Shown here one piece after another: positions 48,890-64,000 of a stretch of DNA of 64,000 bases. The translations under genes and the position numbers were made by a program. The notes under the pieces were generated by a model. It worked only from the letters and a program-made list of their open reading frames with translations, ran no database searches and was not told the DNA's origin. The stretch covers positions 81,222,001 to 81,286,000 of the forward strand of contig NC_086097.1 of NCBI RefSeq assembly GCF_963921235.1, read 5' to 3'. Positions within the stretch are counted from its first letter, which is position 1; the number at the start of each line of letters is the position of its first letter. The stretch comes from Mobula hypostoma. Its lineage: Eukaryota.

Positions 48890-50190
48890 TCAGAATTAGA
48901 ATCAAGTTTATTATCACTGACATATGTTGCGCAATTTGTTGTTTTGTGGCAACAGTACAGTGCAAGACATGAAAATTACCATAAGTTGTTATGTGTAATG
49001 CAGTAAATAATGCAGAAGAGAAACAGTAAGGCAGTGTTTATGGACCGTTCAGAAATTTGATGGTGGAGAGAAAGAAGCTATTCCTAGATCATTGAAAGTG
49101 ACTCTTCAGGCTCATGTGCCTCCTCCCTGATGGTAGTAATGAGAAGAAGGCATGTCCCAGACGGTGAGGGTCCTTAATAATGATTGGGTATCTTCTTGAG
49201 GCACTCACTGCCTTTTGAAGATGTCCTCAATTGTGGTGATAGTTGTGTCTCTGACAGAACTGGCTGAATCTACAGCACTCTGTGGCCTCTTGTGATGCTT
49301 TGAAGGCTCCTTACTAGGCAGTATGCAACCAGTCAGAATGCTCTCCACAGTAATCTGTAGAAATTTGCTAGAGTCATTGATGACTTAACAAATACCCTTA
49401 AACTCCTAATAACATAGAGCTGCTGATGTGCTTTCTTCATCATTGCATTAAATTTGGGCCCAAGATAGATCCTCTGAGATGCCAATGCCCAGGAACTTGC
49501 AGCTACTCAGCTATTCCTCCAGTGACCCCTCTATGAGTACAGTCATGTGCTCTCGTGACTTCACCTTAAGTCCACAATCCATTCTGTGTTTGTGCTGGAG
49601 TGCAAAGTTGCTTTTGTGACACTATCCAATCTATCTTACTTCGGTGCGCCTCTTCATTACCATTGAGATTCCGCCAACAACAATGTCGTCATCAGAGTAC
49701 TTGTCGATGGCATCTGAACTGTACTTCCCCGCACAGTCATAAGCATAGCGGGAGTAGAGATGTGGGCTAAGAAAGCATCCTTGAGGTGTGTCTGTTGATT
49801 ATCAGCAAGGAGGAGATGTTATTACTGATCTGCACTGATTTTTGTCTCCTAATGTGGAAGTCAAGGCTCCAGTTGCAGAGGGAGGTACAGAGACCTAGGT
49901 TTTGAAGCCCGTTAATCACGGTGTTTAAAGTCAAGTGGTAAGCAATAAGCAACAGCCTGGCATATGTTTTGCTGCTGCACAGTTGTTCCAAAATCAAGTG
50001 GAGGGCCAGTGAGATTGTGCCTGCTTTAGCCCTGTGGTGGTGGTGGTAAGCAAACAGTAGGAGGTCCAGGTCCTTGCTCAGGCAAGAGGATTCTAGCCAT
50101 GACCAACCTCACAAAACATTTCATCACAGTAGATGCGAGTGCTGTCTGGTGATAGTCATTGAGACAGTTTATGCTGCTCCTCCCGGGGAC
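48890..50190 (-). mobile_element. Degenerate Rex1/Babar LINE
   Basis: CLNDYHQTALASTVMKCFVRLVM, LQNLGLCTSLCNWSLDF; tail AGAATTAGAATCAAGTTTATT. Confidence 0.8.
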
Positions 50191-50363
50191 TGGTGAGATT
50201 ATCATAGAGTTTAGGTTGCTCTTGCTGTCAGTGCATTTGAAGTATTTTGCATAGTAAGGGTTTCTCATAAATTCCCAGTACCTTGAGATCACAGATATAT
50301 GTTGGCCAAGTTTCAAGGGCAGAGGTCATTGCTGCCGAGCGAAAGATGAGATTTATGCCATAG

Positions 50364-50450
50364 TAACACATACAAAATGCTGGAGGACCTCACCATCTAT
50401 GGAAAGTAATAAACAGTCAATATTTCGAGCCGAGACCATTCATCGGGACA
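50364..50450 (-). mobile_element. PLE pLTR fragment with decayed hammerhead
   Basis: AACACATACAAAATGCTGGAGG...CAGTCAATATTTCGAGCCGAGACCATTCATCGGGAC. Confidence 0.65.
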
Positions 50451-52344
50451 AGATTTATGCTGTGTTTGATACGTACAATATATGTGAACAAATGTAAAGA
50501 AAAAGGGAAATGAATTTAAATATGCAACAGATGTATTGTATTCCAGTACCAATAGTTAGCCATCAGTGTGAGCTTCAGAGTCAAGAAGAAAAGCAGTCAC
50601 CCATGTCAAAGAACAAGTCAGATCGATCACTCCCACAGCTCTCAGAGCCCTATTTCACCATAATGTTGACAAGTATCTGTGCTGCATCAGTCTGTCATGA
50701 GGACATAAGGCACAGATGAAGAATTGAAGAGAAGGAGAAGCAGCCACATTTGACACAAGCACCATACACGTAAGGAAATTGTAATTCAGTTTGTGCTCCA
50801 GCATCACCAATACAAGGTATTCCTTCCTCTGTTACATTCAAGTGCATTGGAAGGATTAGAGCTTGGCAGGTGACACAAAGCGATATAAAACTACTCTGCA
50901 TGAAGTCTGCAGCTCACCACAAGAAAGATGGAGCTGAGGACAGATGCTCGGTGGTGGAGCTGGGGTGGGAACTACTTTCATCGCACGTGACAGTATAGAT
51001 TGCATTTTTACAACTAAACATTGATCTTGTACAGATCAGCCTTTGTCTCATTCCCACAGGAAGTCCATCCCTTTTAAGCGCAGCAACAGCACATGAAGAC
51101 ATCCCTCGACAGCTGGTGACACCAGGTTTGTCTGCAGAGGGAAGCATTAATTTGATAGGTTAGGGTAGAGCCAAAGTGGAATCATGATTTATACTGCAAG
51201 TGCTCAGGGAGCAGGGTGGATTTATTTTTCACTACTTAAGGTTTGCAATGCGATTAACACAGTAATTAATTTAAGAATTCTGGTTAGAGTTCCCTGAAGA
51301 AAGAGCTGGCAATAACAGTGACCAGAGGAAAACAGAGTCAGTCTGAAAGGCTACAACCTTAATTGGTAAAAAGTTTGACATAAATGTCCCCACCATGACT
51401 GAGATCAGGGCTGTGAAGGTAAAAAGAGGAAAGGAAGAACAAGCATTCATTGATCTTGCTCAACTTCTATCCAAATATTTCTGCTTAAAAGTACAAACAT
51501 ATTTGTTGAAGACAAGTTTAGGTTCAGTCATTGGACTATAAGAGTTGAAAGATTGCAAACATTCAAGACTAGACCTCATTTGTTTTTCTAAAGACATAGA
51601 AGATGTCAATTTGATGCATCGAGTCAGGCTCCTCTAATATTCACATCAGACCCATTATTTCCTTGTAAACTATTTCATTGCTTGTGTTCTTCAACTGCCT
51701 CCAAATTTCATGGCATTATCCACATTAGAAGTATGGATGCAGAAAAGGCTAGACTTAGATTTACGGTGTGCTTTGGATGGCGTCCAAAGACAAAAGGGAA
51801 GAAAGAACAAGGTTCTAAAAGGGATTCAGGTGTGAAGAGAATTTTAGCTTGCAGGCATGGAAAGACCAGAAAGTCAATGAAAGTCATGGGGAAAATGACA
51901 AAATAATTGTTTTCTGTGTGATTTGGAATACAGCCAGCATTGTGCAGGCTGAGGCTAAGAATGGAAGGTGGTAGCTGAGATTGGAATAGATGAGCCAATA
52001 CCACTGCTTATTTCAGCAGCAGGTGAGTTGACTTGCAAGCAATGGTAAACAACATTTCTGATGTGTAGTAAAGCGCTTTTTTTTCTGACAGAGGGCATTT
52101 AGGGTTGGATGTCTTTGGTTGGGAAAAAAAATCCAAAACAGGTCAACAGCTCGTTCAGAGAGAGTGGCTGAGTTCAATTCATTTAAAAATTAACTATTTG
52201 ATATCTATATACCAAAGGTAAAGGTGCAAACAATACAAGGGACAGGACTGATGGAATTCTAATTCTGTTCACAAGTCTAAAACAAACATAAAAACTCAGA
52301 AACATGTTTACAAAGAGTTCAACATGTGTTTTGAATCTGAGTAA

Positions 52345-52968
52345 AGGCATCGACTGCAAGATCCAACAAGAGGTTGTGAGGACTGCTGAGAGAATCACTG
52401 GGGTCTTTCTCCACCACCCCGCAACCCCATCCAGGACATTACCAGAAGCACTGCATTCACAGAATTCTCAATATTGTCAAGGATCCCTCCCATCCATCCC
52501 ATAATCTCTTTGACCTCCTACCATCAGGCGAAAGGTACAACAGTGTAAGGGGATGAACTGTTAGGGTTGAAACAGCTTCTTCTTCCGAGCTGTGAGCCTT
52601 CTAAGCACCCCATTACTGAGCACCTGGTCACATACAAGAGAAAATCTGCAGCTACTTGAAGTCCAAGCAACACACACAGAATGCTGGAGGAACTCAGCAG
52701 GCCAGGCAGCATCTATAGAAAAGGGTACAGTTGACGTTTCAGGCTGAAACCCTTCAGCAGGACAGTTCACATTACTTATGACACTGCCAGAAGTAGCAAT
52801 CTTTTGCTTATTTAATTATGTCATCTATGCACTTTATATCAATTTGTACATCTACAGAGTACTTTTTATCTGTTAATATTATTACATACTGTATTTTGTA
52901 CTGTGGTCCATGAACATTGTTTTGTTTAGCTGTATACGGCTGAATAAGAATACACCTGAACTTGAACT
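52345..52968 (+). mobile_element. Rex1-like 3' fragment with inserted PLE pLTR (52628-52765, minus)
   Basis: QEVVRTAERITG, IVKDPSHPSHNLFDLLPSG; pLTR with minus-strand GTCCTGCTGAAGGGTTTCAGCCTGAAACGTCAACTG. Confidence 0.7.
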
Positions 52969-53254
52969 TTACCAGGGTTTGCTGCCCTAACAGCATGGTC
53001 CAATAGCTTGGCACAGGGGCTACTTGCATTCAATTCTACATGGGGGGAATTTAGTGTACAACTCTAGCCAGTTCACATGCTGTCCTTTTCTTATGTTTAA
53101 ACAAAACAACTTTCATTGTTGTTTTAACTGCCACAAAATCAAATTTTGATTCTTATTTTGACTCTTTCATTCCAAACTCTGGGTAACTCAGGCACTGGAT
53201 AGTGGACCAAGATCAGATTCAAAGTTCAAAATATATTTATAATCAAAGTACATA

Positions 53255-54893
<1,639 letters not shown>

Positions 54894-54895
54894 TA

Positions 54896-55755
54896 AATGT
54901 CACCATATACAACCCTGAGATTCATTTACCTGTGGGTAAATACAAAGAAACTAAACAAAAACCAGCTAGCTAAAAAAATAAGCAAACAGACAAATGGACA
55001 GACAAATAAATAAACAAACAAGAAATAGATAAACAAAAATAACAAACAAGTGGGCAAGCAATAAATATCGAGCACTTAAAAGTGAGTCCATAGGTTGCAG
55101 AAACAGTTCAGTGTTGGAGTGAATAGTGGATTTATCCCCTCTTGTTTAAGAGCCTGATGGTTGAGGGATAATAACTGTTCCTGGACTTGAAGGTGTGGGT
55201 CTTGAGGCTCCAGTGCCTCCTTCCTGATGGCAGCAGCAAGAAGAGAGCATGGCCTGGATGGTGGTGGGTGGGTAGGGTCTCTGATGATGGCTGCTGCTTT
55301 CCTGCGACAACTTTTCATGTAGATGTACTAGTGGTGAGGAGGGCTTTACCCATGAAGGTATCTCCACACCAGGCCATGATGCAGCCAGTCAGTATACTCT
55401 CCACCACACATCTATAGAAGTTTGTCAAAGTTTTAGATGACATGCTAAATCTTCACACATCTAGGAATGCAGAGGTGCCGCCTTCCTTTCTTTGTAAGAG
55501 CCAGACTCAAGACAGGTCCTCCAAAATGACAACTCTTGAGAAATTTAAAATTGCTGCCCACTCTTCCTCTGATCTTCCGATGAGAACTGGCTTATGGACC
55601 TCCGGTTTCCTCCCCTTGTAGTCAATAACCAGCTGCTTGATCTGCTGACTTTGAGTAGAAGGTTGTTGTTGTGGCACCACTCAGGCTGATTTTTAACCTC
55701 CCTCCTATATGCTGATTCATCAGCACCTTTTATTCTGCCAGTGGAAGTGGTGTTG
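54896..55755 (-). mobile_element. Rex1/Babar 3' part hosting the Tc1 (tail continues at 53215-53254)
   Basis: RRKAAAIIRDPTHP; tail ...CTCAGGGTTGTATATGGTGACA-[Tc1]-TGTACTTTGAT..AAAT..TTTGAACTTTGAA. Confidence 0.8.
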
Positions 55756-56940
55756 TGTTCAACAATACAATCTAGAATACATATCTGGATGACTCACTGT
55801 GGACATTCATTGTGGTAATGGCATTATCACTTGAGACTTCCTTCCTCATCCCCAGTAACAGCCACACAAAATATGAAGCTTCAGTTGCCTAATTGTGTAC
55901 TGAAGTTCCATTCACTTATTCAACGCTGTTGATTCAAATTTCATTCTTACTTCACTTTTCAGGAGAAGTCTTATCAAATCACATCAACAGCTACATGGCA
56001 GTCAATAAGTAGCCAAAGAAGGGAGCTTAAGCCATGTGCTTGTTTGTCATTGGGATTAAGCAGACGAACTGTGTTTATCTTTCAATACTCACCACCAAAT
56101 ATATTCTGAATAAATTGTAGCAATAGTGACATGATAGCATCTCATTCAACCCTTGCTGAATAATTCAGGAAGTGAATTGTGCACTCCGGTTGGATTTATA
56201 TCAGTCTTATGAACATTACTCAGTAGTTGACTCGTAATTATGCAAATACATATCGCCATTTATCGCAGACGAAATAGTCAGCAATCTCAAACATCACACA
56301 GCTGCTGTCACGTCAAAACATTATTCATACAAGTGGCTAACAGCAGTAACTTGGCTGAGGCGTGTTTAGATTCCCCGTGGATTCCATGAGAAATCCAACT
56401 CCTTCAAAATCATTTATCATGTGTGATTATCATGAATGTCTCAATTCATATGTTCTATTTAGCAAAGTCCTATAACAATCCCGTGGTTGTCCTTTTCAAT
56501 TCCTCTCAAACAGGTCTCTGATGTCTTCAGAGAACCACCAGCATGAGTAAAAACAAGCAGGAAGAAAAGCCTCCGAACCCTGCTTATTCACCCAAAAATA
56601 GCTGCTGTCTCTCTTCTAATTCTAACACTGATAGCTTTGATAATGAATTTCATTATACAATCATTCCACTTCATTCAATCTCAATTCAAGATCAAGCTTT
56701 ATCCACAACAGTTACACGTCTGCTAAATGCAGATTAATTTTTTCTCCTGCTATACAATTGTGCCAAGTCCATAGCATACCTTTCCCATTAATCCCTGATT
56801 TCTACAATCAGACTTAAGTCCGCCTCATGCACATATTCTTTGTGGACGCCTAGGATTTCAACTCTCTTACTGGGGAACAAAAGAACACCAGTGGATATCA
56901 AAGATACCATGATGGTGACCATCCGCAAGACAAGAGACTA

Positions 56941-57115
56941 GTCTAAACTCCAGTGAGTACAGGCCTGGAGCCATCAAATGCTCCTCATCATTTAACCCTT
57001 TCATTGCTGGAATGATAAATGCGAACCTCCTCTGGACCCTCTCCAATGCCAGCACATCTTTTCTTAGATAGGGACTCAATGCCTTATAGAGCCTCACTGT
57101 TATATTATTACTTTT
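56941..57115 (-). mobile_element. CR1 fragment
   Basis: SPYLRKDVLALERVQRRF...GLYSLEFR. Confidence 0.8.
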
Positions 57116-57117
57116 AT

Positions 57118-59821
57118 ATTAAATAAAATCAAAGATCTCAGACCTAGGGTGCTGCATCAGAGGGACACTAGGACTGCTTGTGTCCTTAGTTTCATGGAAT
57201 CCTGGTTAAACCCTTCCATACTGGAAGCAGCGATTCAGATTGACGGGTTCACTATACACCTTCAGGATAGGACTGTCGAGTCTCTTAAAAGCAGAGGTTG
57301 AGGTGTATGTCTCATGATCAACTCCTCTTAGAGCACAAATGTATCAGTGTTGTCCCAACTCTGCTCACTAGAGCTGGAATATCTTGCAATAAGTACTGTC
57401 CATTTTATCTGCTGCGGGAGATCTCTGCAATCATTTTGGTAGCGGTGTACATTCCACCTCGGCCAATGTCAAACAGGCTCTGGATCATCTGAGCAATGGG
57501 ATCAATATGCATGAGAACAGCATACCCTGATGTCTTCGCCATCATTTTTGGGGATTTTTACCATGCCAGCTTAAAAAAGTCACTAAATAATTACCATCAA
57601 CAAATCACCTGTAGTGCAAGAGGAAACAACTCACTGGACCACTGTTACACCACTATCAAGAGTGCTTACCGTGCTATTCCACACCCTCACTTTGGGAAGT
57701 CTGATTGCCTGGCTGTACTTCTACTCACTGAGTATAGGCAGAGACTGAAGACTGCAGCACCAGTAGTGAGGACCAAGAAAGTACGGACAAGGGAAGCAGA
57801 GGACTGCTTTGAATCGGTAGAATGGACTGTATTCAAGGATTCTCCTTCAAATCTGGATGACTATGCCACATTGTTACTGACTTCATTAAAACCTGTGTGG
57901 ATGAGTGTGTGTCTACGAAAACTTGCTGTACATTCCCAAAACTAAAGCCGTGGATGAAACAGGAGGTTTATTGTCTGCTGAGGGCTAGATCAGTGGCACT
58001 TAAGTCTGGTGACCCAGATCTGTGCATGAAAACCAGATATGACTTGCAGAGGGCTATTTCAAGAGCGAAAAAACAATTCTGAGTGAGGTTAGAAGTGACA
58101 TCAGATGCACACAAACTCTGGCAGGGTTTGCAGGACGTTACTTCCTATAAAGCAAAACCCAATAGCATGAATGGCAGTGATACATCACTACCAGATGAAC
58201 TCAATATCTTCTAAACCCCTTAGGAATAGAGGGAGTAGAACAGTGGGCTAAGCACACACACCCCTGAGGTGCACCAGTGTTGATTGTCAGTGAGGAGGAA
58301 ATATTATCACCAATCTGCACAGATTGTGGTCTTCTGGTTAGGAAGTCGAGGATTCAACTGCAGAGGGAAGTACAGAGGCCCATGTTCTGTAGCTTATTGA
58401 TCAGGACCGTGGGAATGATGGTGTTAAACGCTGAGCTCTCATCAATGAACTGCATCCTGAAGTTGGTGTCTGTGTTGTCCTGGTGATCTAGGGCCGTGTG
58501 AAAAGCCATTGAAATTGTGTCTGCCCTAGACCTCTTGTGGCGATAGGCAAATTGCAGTGGGTCCAGTTCCTTGCTGAACTTTGAATGGGAGAATATAACA
58601 CAACTGTGAAAAACCCTGCTACAACCGGTGATCTCTGTCTTTAGACCGAAGTCAGGCTTGTCTTTCAGGAGGGTCAATGGAATACCTAGTAGGGATCTGA
58701 AAACTTGTGCCAACCAGCTAGGGGGAGTATGCAGGAACATTTTCAACCATGCATTGCTACAACTATGCCAGTGCTATTAAGAGTAGTGTGAGCTACCTTA
58801 ACAACTATCATTCAGTAGCACTAACTTCTATGGTGAGAAATTGCTTTGAGTGGTTGGTTATGGCTAGAATTAACTCCTGCCTCAGCAAGGAGCTGGACCC
58901 ACTGCAATTTGCCTATCGCCACAAGAGGTCTAGGGCAGACACAATTTCAATGGCTTTTCACACGGCCCTAGATCACCAGGACAACACAGACACCAACTTC
59001 AGGATGCAGTTCATTGATGAGAGCTCAGCGTTTAACACCATCATTCCCACGGTCCTGATCAATAAGCTACAGAACATGGGCCTCTGTACTTCCCTCTGCA
59101 ATTGGATCCTCGACTTCCTAACCAGAAGACCACAATCTGTGCAGATTGGTGATAACATACCCTCCTCACTGACGATCAACACTGGCGCACCTCAGGGGTG
59201 TGTGTGCTTAGCCCACTGTTCTACTCCCTCTATTTCTATGACTCTGTGGGTGTGTATAGCTCAAATACCATCTCTAAATTTGCTGATGATACAACCATTG
59301 TTGGCAGACTCCCAGATGGAGATGAGAGGGTGTTCAGGAGTGAGATAAACCAGGTAGTTGAGTGGTGTCACAATAACAACAGCCTTACACTCAATGTCAG
59401 TAAGATGAAAGAGCTGATTGTGGACTTCAGGAAGGATAAGCGAGGGAACGTGAACCAATCCTCATAGAGAGATCAGAAGTGGAGAGGGTGAACAACTTCA
59501 GGTTCCTGGGTGTCAAGATCTCTGAGGACCTAACCTGGTCCCAACATATCGATGCAGCTATTAAGTAGGCAAAATAATAGCTATATTTCATTAGAACTTT
59601 GAAGAGATTTGGTCTGTCAACTAACACATTGAAAACTTCTACAGATGTACAACGGAGAGCATTCTGACAGGCTGCATCACTGACTGGTATGCGGCTAATG
59701 CACAGGATGGAAAGAAGCAACAGACAGTTGTAAAATTAGTCAGCTCCATCTTGGGTACGAGCCTCCATAGCATCCAAGACAATTTCAAGGAGTGGTGCCT
59801 CAAAAAGGCGGTGTGCATTAT
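57118..59821 (+). mobile_element. Long Rex1/Babar LINE (APE-RT), degenerate, with internal inverted duplication
   Basis: [66 protein letters not shown]. Confidence 0.9.
58221..58577 (-). repeat. 357-bp inverted duplication of 58882-59238
   Basis: The two 69-aa ORFs on opposite strands (58277-58486 and 58973-59182) differ at 2 residues; both arms share private lesions. Confidence 0.95.
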
Positions 59822-60706
59822 TAACCATATAACCATATAAGAATTACAGCACAGAGACAGGCCATCCTGGTCCTTCTAGTCCGTGCCAAACGCTTACTCT
59901 CACCTACTCCCACCAACCTGCACTCAGCCCTTAACCCTCCTGTCCATATAACTATCCAATTTTACTTTAAATGACAATATCAAACCTGCCTCTACCACTT
60001 CTGCTGGAAGCTCGTTCCACCCAGCTACGACTCTCTGAGTAAAGAAGTTCCCTCTCATGTTACCCCTAAACTTTTGCCCTTTAACTCTCAACTCATGACC
60101 TCGTTTGAATCTCCTCTAATCTCAATGGAAAAAGCCTATCCACGTCAACTCTATCTATCCCCCTCATAATTTTAAATACCTCTATCAAGTCCCCCCTCAA
60201 CCTTCTACGCTCCAAAGAATAAAGACCTAACTTGTTCAACCTTTCTCTGAAACTTAGGTGATGAAACCCAGGTAACATTCTAGTAAATCTTCTCTGTACT
60301 CTCTCTATTTTGTTGAGATCTTTCCTATAATTCGGTGACCAGAACTGTACACAATACTCTAAATTTGGCTTTACCAAAGCCTTGTACAATTTTAACATTA
60401 CATCCCAACTCCTACACTCAATGCTCTGATTTATAAAGGCCAGCAGACCAAAAGCATTCTTCACCACCCTATCCACATGAGATTCCACCTTCAGGGTACT
60501 ATGCATCATTATCCCTAGATCACTCTGTTCTACTGCATTCTTCAATGTCCTACCATTTACCATGTATGTCCTATTTTGATTAGTCGTACCAAAATATAGC
60601 ACCTCACATTTATCAGCATTAAACTCCATCTGCCATCTTTCAGCCCACTATTCTAACTGGTCTAAATCTCTCTGCATGCTTTGAAAACCTACTTCATTAT
60701 CCACAA

Positions 60707-60758
60707 ACAACAGGAATTCTGCAGATGCTGGAAATTCAAGCAACTTTGATGTATGTTG
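60707..60758 (-). mobile_element. 52-bp PLE terminus insert with short inversion
   Basis: TSD CTTCATTATCCACAA (60692-60706 / 60759-60773). Confidence 0.88.
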
Positions 60759-60873
60759 CTTCATTATCCACAACGCCACCTATCTTAGTATCATCTGCAT
60801 ACTTACTAATCCAATTTACCACCCATCATCCAGATCATTAACGTATATGACAAACAACATTGGACCCAGTACA

Positions 60874-60985
60874 ACAGGAATTCTGCAGATGCTGGAAATT
60901 CAAGCAACACACATCAAAGTTGCTGGTGAACACAGCAGGCCAAGCAGCATCTGTAGGAAGAGGTACAGTCGACGTCTCAGGCCGA
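60874..60985 (-). mobile_element. 112-bp PLE terminus insert, truncated within the hammerhead
   Basis: TSD GACCCAGTACA (60863-60873 / 60986-60996). Confidence 0.88.
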
Positions 60986-62982
60986 GACCCAGTACAGATC
61001 CCTGAGGCACACCACTAGTCACCGGCCTCCAATCTGACACACAGTTATCCACCACTACTCTCTGGAATCTCCCATCCAGCCACTGCTGAATCCATTTTAC
61101 TACTTCAATATTAATACCTAACGATTGAACCTTCCTAACTAACCTTCCATGTGAAACCTTGTCAAAGGCCTCACTAAAGTCCACACAAACAACATCCACC
61201 GCTTTACCCTCATCAACTTTCCTAGTAACCTCCTCAAAAAATTCAATAAGGTTTGTCAAACATGACTTTCCACGCACAAATCCATGTTGACTGTTCCTAA
61301 TCAGACTCTGTCTATCCAGATACTTATATATACCATCTCTAAGAATACTTTCCATCAATTTACCCACCACTGACGTCAAACTCACAGGCCGATAATTGCT
61401 ATGTTTACTCTTAGAACACTTTTTAAACAATGTAACAACATGAGCAATACGCCAATCCTCCGGCACCATCTCCGTTTCTAATGACATTTGAAATATTTCT
61501 GTCAGAGCCCCTGCTATTTCCACACTAACTTCCCTCAAGGTCCTTGGGAATATCCTGTCAGGACCCGGAGACTTATCCACTTTTATATTCCTTGAAAGTG
61601 CCAGTACTTCCTCTTTTTTAATCATCATAGTTTCCATAACTTCCCTATCTGTTTCCCTTACCTTACACAATTCAATACCCTTCTCCTAAGTGAATACCGA
61701 AGAAAAGAAATTGTTTAAAATCTTCTCTATCTCTTTTGGCTCCACACATCGCTATCCACTCTGATTCTCTAAGGGACCAATTTTATCCCTCACTATCCTT
61801 TTGCTATTAATATAACTGTAGAAACCCTTTGGATTTATTTTCACCTTACTTGCCAAAGCAACCTCGTATCTTCTTTTAGCTTTTCTAATTTCTTTCTTAT
61901 GATTCTTTTTACATTCTTTATATTCCTCCGGCACCTCATTTACTCCATGCTGCCTGTATTCATTGTAGATCTCTCTCTTTTTTCCGAACCAAGTTTCCAA
62001 TATCCCTTGAAAACCATGGCTCTCTCAAACATTTAACCTTTCCTTTCAACCTAACAAGAACATAAAGATTCTGTACCCTCAAAATTTCACCTTTAAATGA
62101 CCTCTATTTCTCTATTACATCCTTCCTATAAAACAAATTGTCCCAATCCACTCCTTCTAAATCCTTTCACATCTCCTTAAAGTTAGTCCTTCTCCAATCA
62201 TAAATCTCAACCCTGGTTGCAGAGCTATCCTCCTCCATAATTATATTGAAACTAATGGCATTGTGATCACTGGACCCGAAGTGCTCCCCAACACAAATCT
62301 CCGTCACCTGACCTATCTCATTCCCTAACAGGAGATCCAACATTGCCCCTTCTCTAGTTGGTACTTCTATGCATTGCTGCAAAAAAACTATCCTGCACAC
62401 ATTTTACAAACTCCAAACCATCCAGCCCTTTTACAGAATGGGCTTCCCAGTCTATGTGTGGAAAATTAAAATCTCCCACAATCACAACCTTGTGCTTACT
62501 ATAAATATCTGCTATCTCCTTACAAATTTGCTCCTCCAATTCTCGCTCCCCATTTGGTGGTCTATAATACACCCCTATAAGTGTTACTACACCTTTCCCA
62601 TTCCTCAATTCCACCCAAATAGTCTCTCTAGATGAGCCCTCTAATCTATCCTGCCAGAGCACCACTATAAAATTATCCCTGACAAGCAATGCAACACCTC
62701 CCCCTCTTGTCCCTCCGATTCTATCACACCTGAAGCAATGAAATCCAGGAATATTTAGTTGCCAATCACACCCCTCCTGCAACCATGTTTCACTAATAGC
62801 TACAACATCATACTTCCAGGTATCAATCCATGCTCTAAGCTCATCCACCTTTCTTACAATGCTCCTAGCATTAAAATAAATGCATTTAAGAAATTTTCCA
62901 CCTCTTTCTCTCTGTTTATTACTAACCGTGCAAACAACTTTCCTATCTCCTTTTTCTTCCTTCTCCCATACATCTTACACTT

Positions 62983-64000
62983 TATACTTTATTATCGGCA
63001 AACAATTGATACTAGAACGTACAATCATCACAGCGATATTTGATTCTGCGCTTCCCGCTCCCTGGATTACAAATTGATAGTAAATATTAAAATTTAAATT
63101 ATAAAAATGTTAAGTAAGGTAGTGCAAAAAAAACCGAGAGGCAGGTCCGGATATTTGGAGGGTACGGCCCAGATCTGGGTCAGGATCCGTTCAGCAGTCT
63201 TATCACAGTTGGAAAGAAGCTGTTCCCAAATCTGGCTGTACAAATCTTCAAGCTCCTGAGCCTTCTCACTGGGGGAAGAGGGATGAAAAGTGTGTTGGCT
63301 GGGTGGGTCGTGTCCTTGATTATCTTGGCAGCATTGCTCCAACATTGTGCAGTGTAAAGTGAGTCCAAGGACAGAAGATTGGTTTTTGTGATGTGCTGCG
63401 CCATGTTCACGATCTTCTGCAGCTTCTTCCAGTCTTGGACAGGACAACTTCCATACCAGGTTGCGATACACCCTAGAAGAATGCTTTCTATGGCGCATCT
63501 ATAAAATTTAGTGAGGGTTTTAGGGGACAGGCCAAATTTCTTTACTGTTCTCAGGAAGTAAAGGTGCCGGTGGGCCTTCTTGGCAGTGAACTCTGCTTGG
63601 TTGGACCAAGTCAGGTCATTTGTGATATTGACCCCGAGGAACTTAAAGCTTTTGGCCTGTTTCACTTGCGCACCACCAATGTAAATTGGGTCGTGCGGTC
63701 CGCTACTCCTTCTGAAGTCAACAACCAATTCCTTCGTCTTGCTGACGTTGAGGGATAGGTTATTGTCTTCGCACCATGCCACCAGGTTCTTAATTTCCTC
63801 TCTGTACTCAAACTTATCATTACACGAGATATGGCCGACAATTGTGGTGTCATCAGCAAACTTATATATTGAGTTTGATGGAAACTTGGCTACACAATCA
63901 TGGGTGTACAGTGAGTACAGCAGGGGGCTGAATACACAGCCTTGTGGGGCACCGATGCTCAGAGTGATTGTAGAGGAGAGCTTGTCCCCTATTTTTACAG
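62983..64000 (-). mobile_element. Young Rex1/Babar LINE 3' part (runs off window end)
   Basis: GAPQGCVFSPLLYSLYT, KFADDTTIVG, LSLNVSKTKELVVDF, LYFLR, RFGNSFFPTVIRLLN. Confidence 0.92.

Larger units (their letters stand above)
59822..62975 (-). mobile_element. CR1 LINE, essentially whole ORF2, second subfamily
   Basis: DELRAWIDTW..ISETW, YRPP, GDFNFP, KSPGPD, GVPQGSVLG, LEYCVQFWSP; tail (TATATGGT)n. Confidence 0.93.

Noticed and set aside
51060..51125. Possible 66-nt plus-strand exon (CCCACAG|GAAGTCC...CCAG|GTTTGT)
   Set aside because: Weak donor and unrecognised peptide; cannot be supported without transcripts.

Overview
Eukaryotic, AT-rich, repeat-dominated DNA with no host protein-coding gene that I can recognise, so it is probably a large intron or intergenic region. 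The repeat content (Penelope-like elements with hammerhead-bearing termini, several CR1 subfamilies, Rex1/Babar and RTE LINEs, tRNA-derived SINEs, Tc1 elements) suggests a vertebrate, most likely a cartilaginous fish; this is an inference. Main observations: (1) A near-full-length young CR1 LINE (44.5-48.6 kb, minus) whose ATG-less ORF2 lies in the -1 frame directly behind a G_GGU_UUA_AAC slippery sequence ending ORF1, a candidate programmed -1 frameshift that is echoed in an older CR1 copy. (2) Two copies of a Sleeping Beauty-like Tc1 derivative sharing one rearrangement junction; the complete copy has two right-type ends and ~435-bp inverted arms. (3) An internally deleted Academ-like DNA transposon with ~135-bp TIRs and a TTG TSD. 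(4) An intact minimal hammerhead ribozyme motif plus about ten decayed copies in Penelope termini, some as tiny TSD-flanked inverted inserts. (5) Several local templated duplications and deep TE nests. Family names come from remembered motifs, not database searches, and the boundaries of old repeats are approximate.
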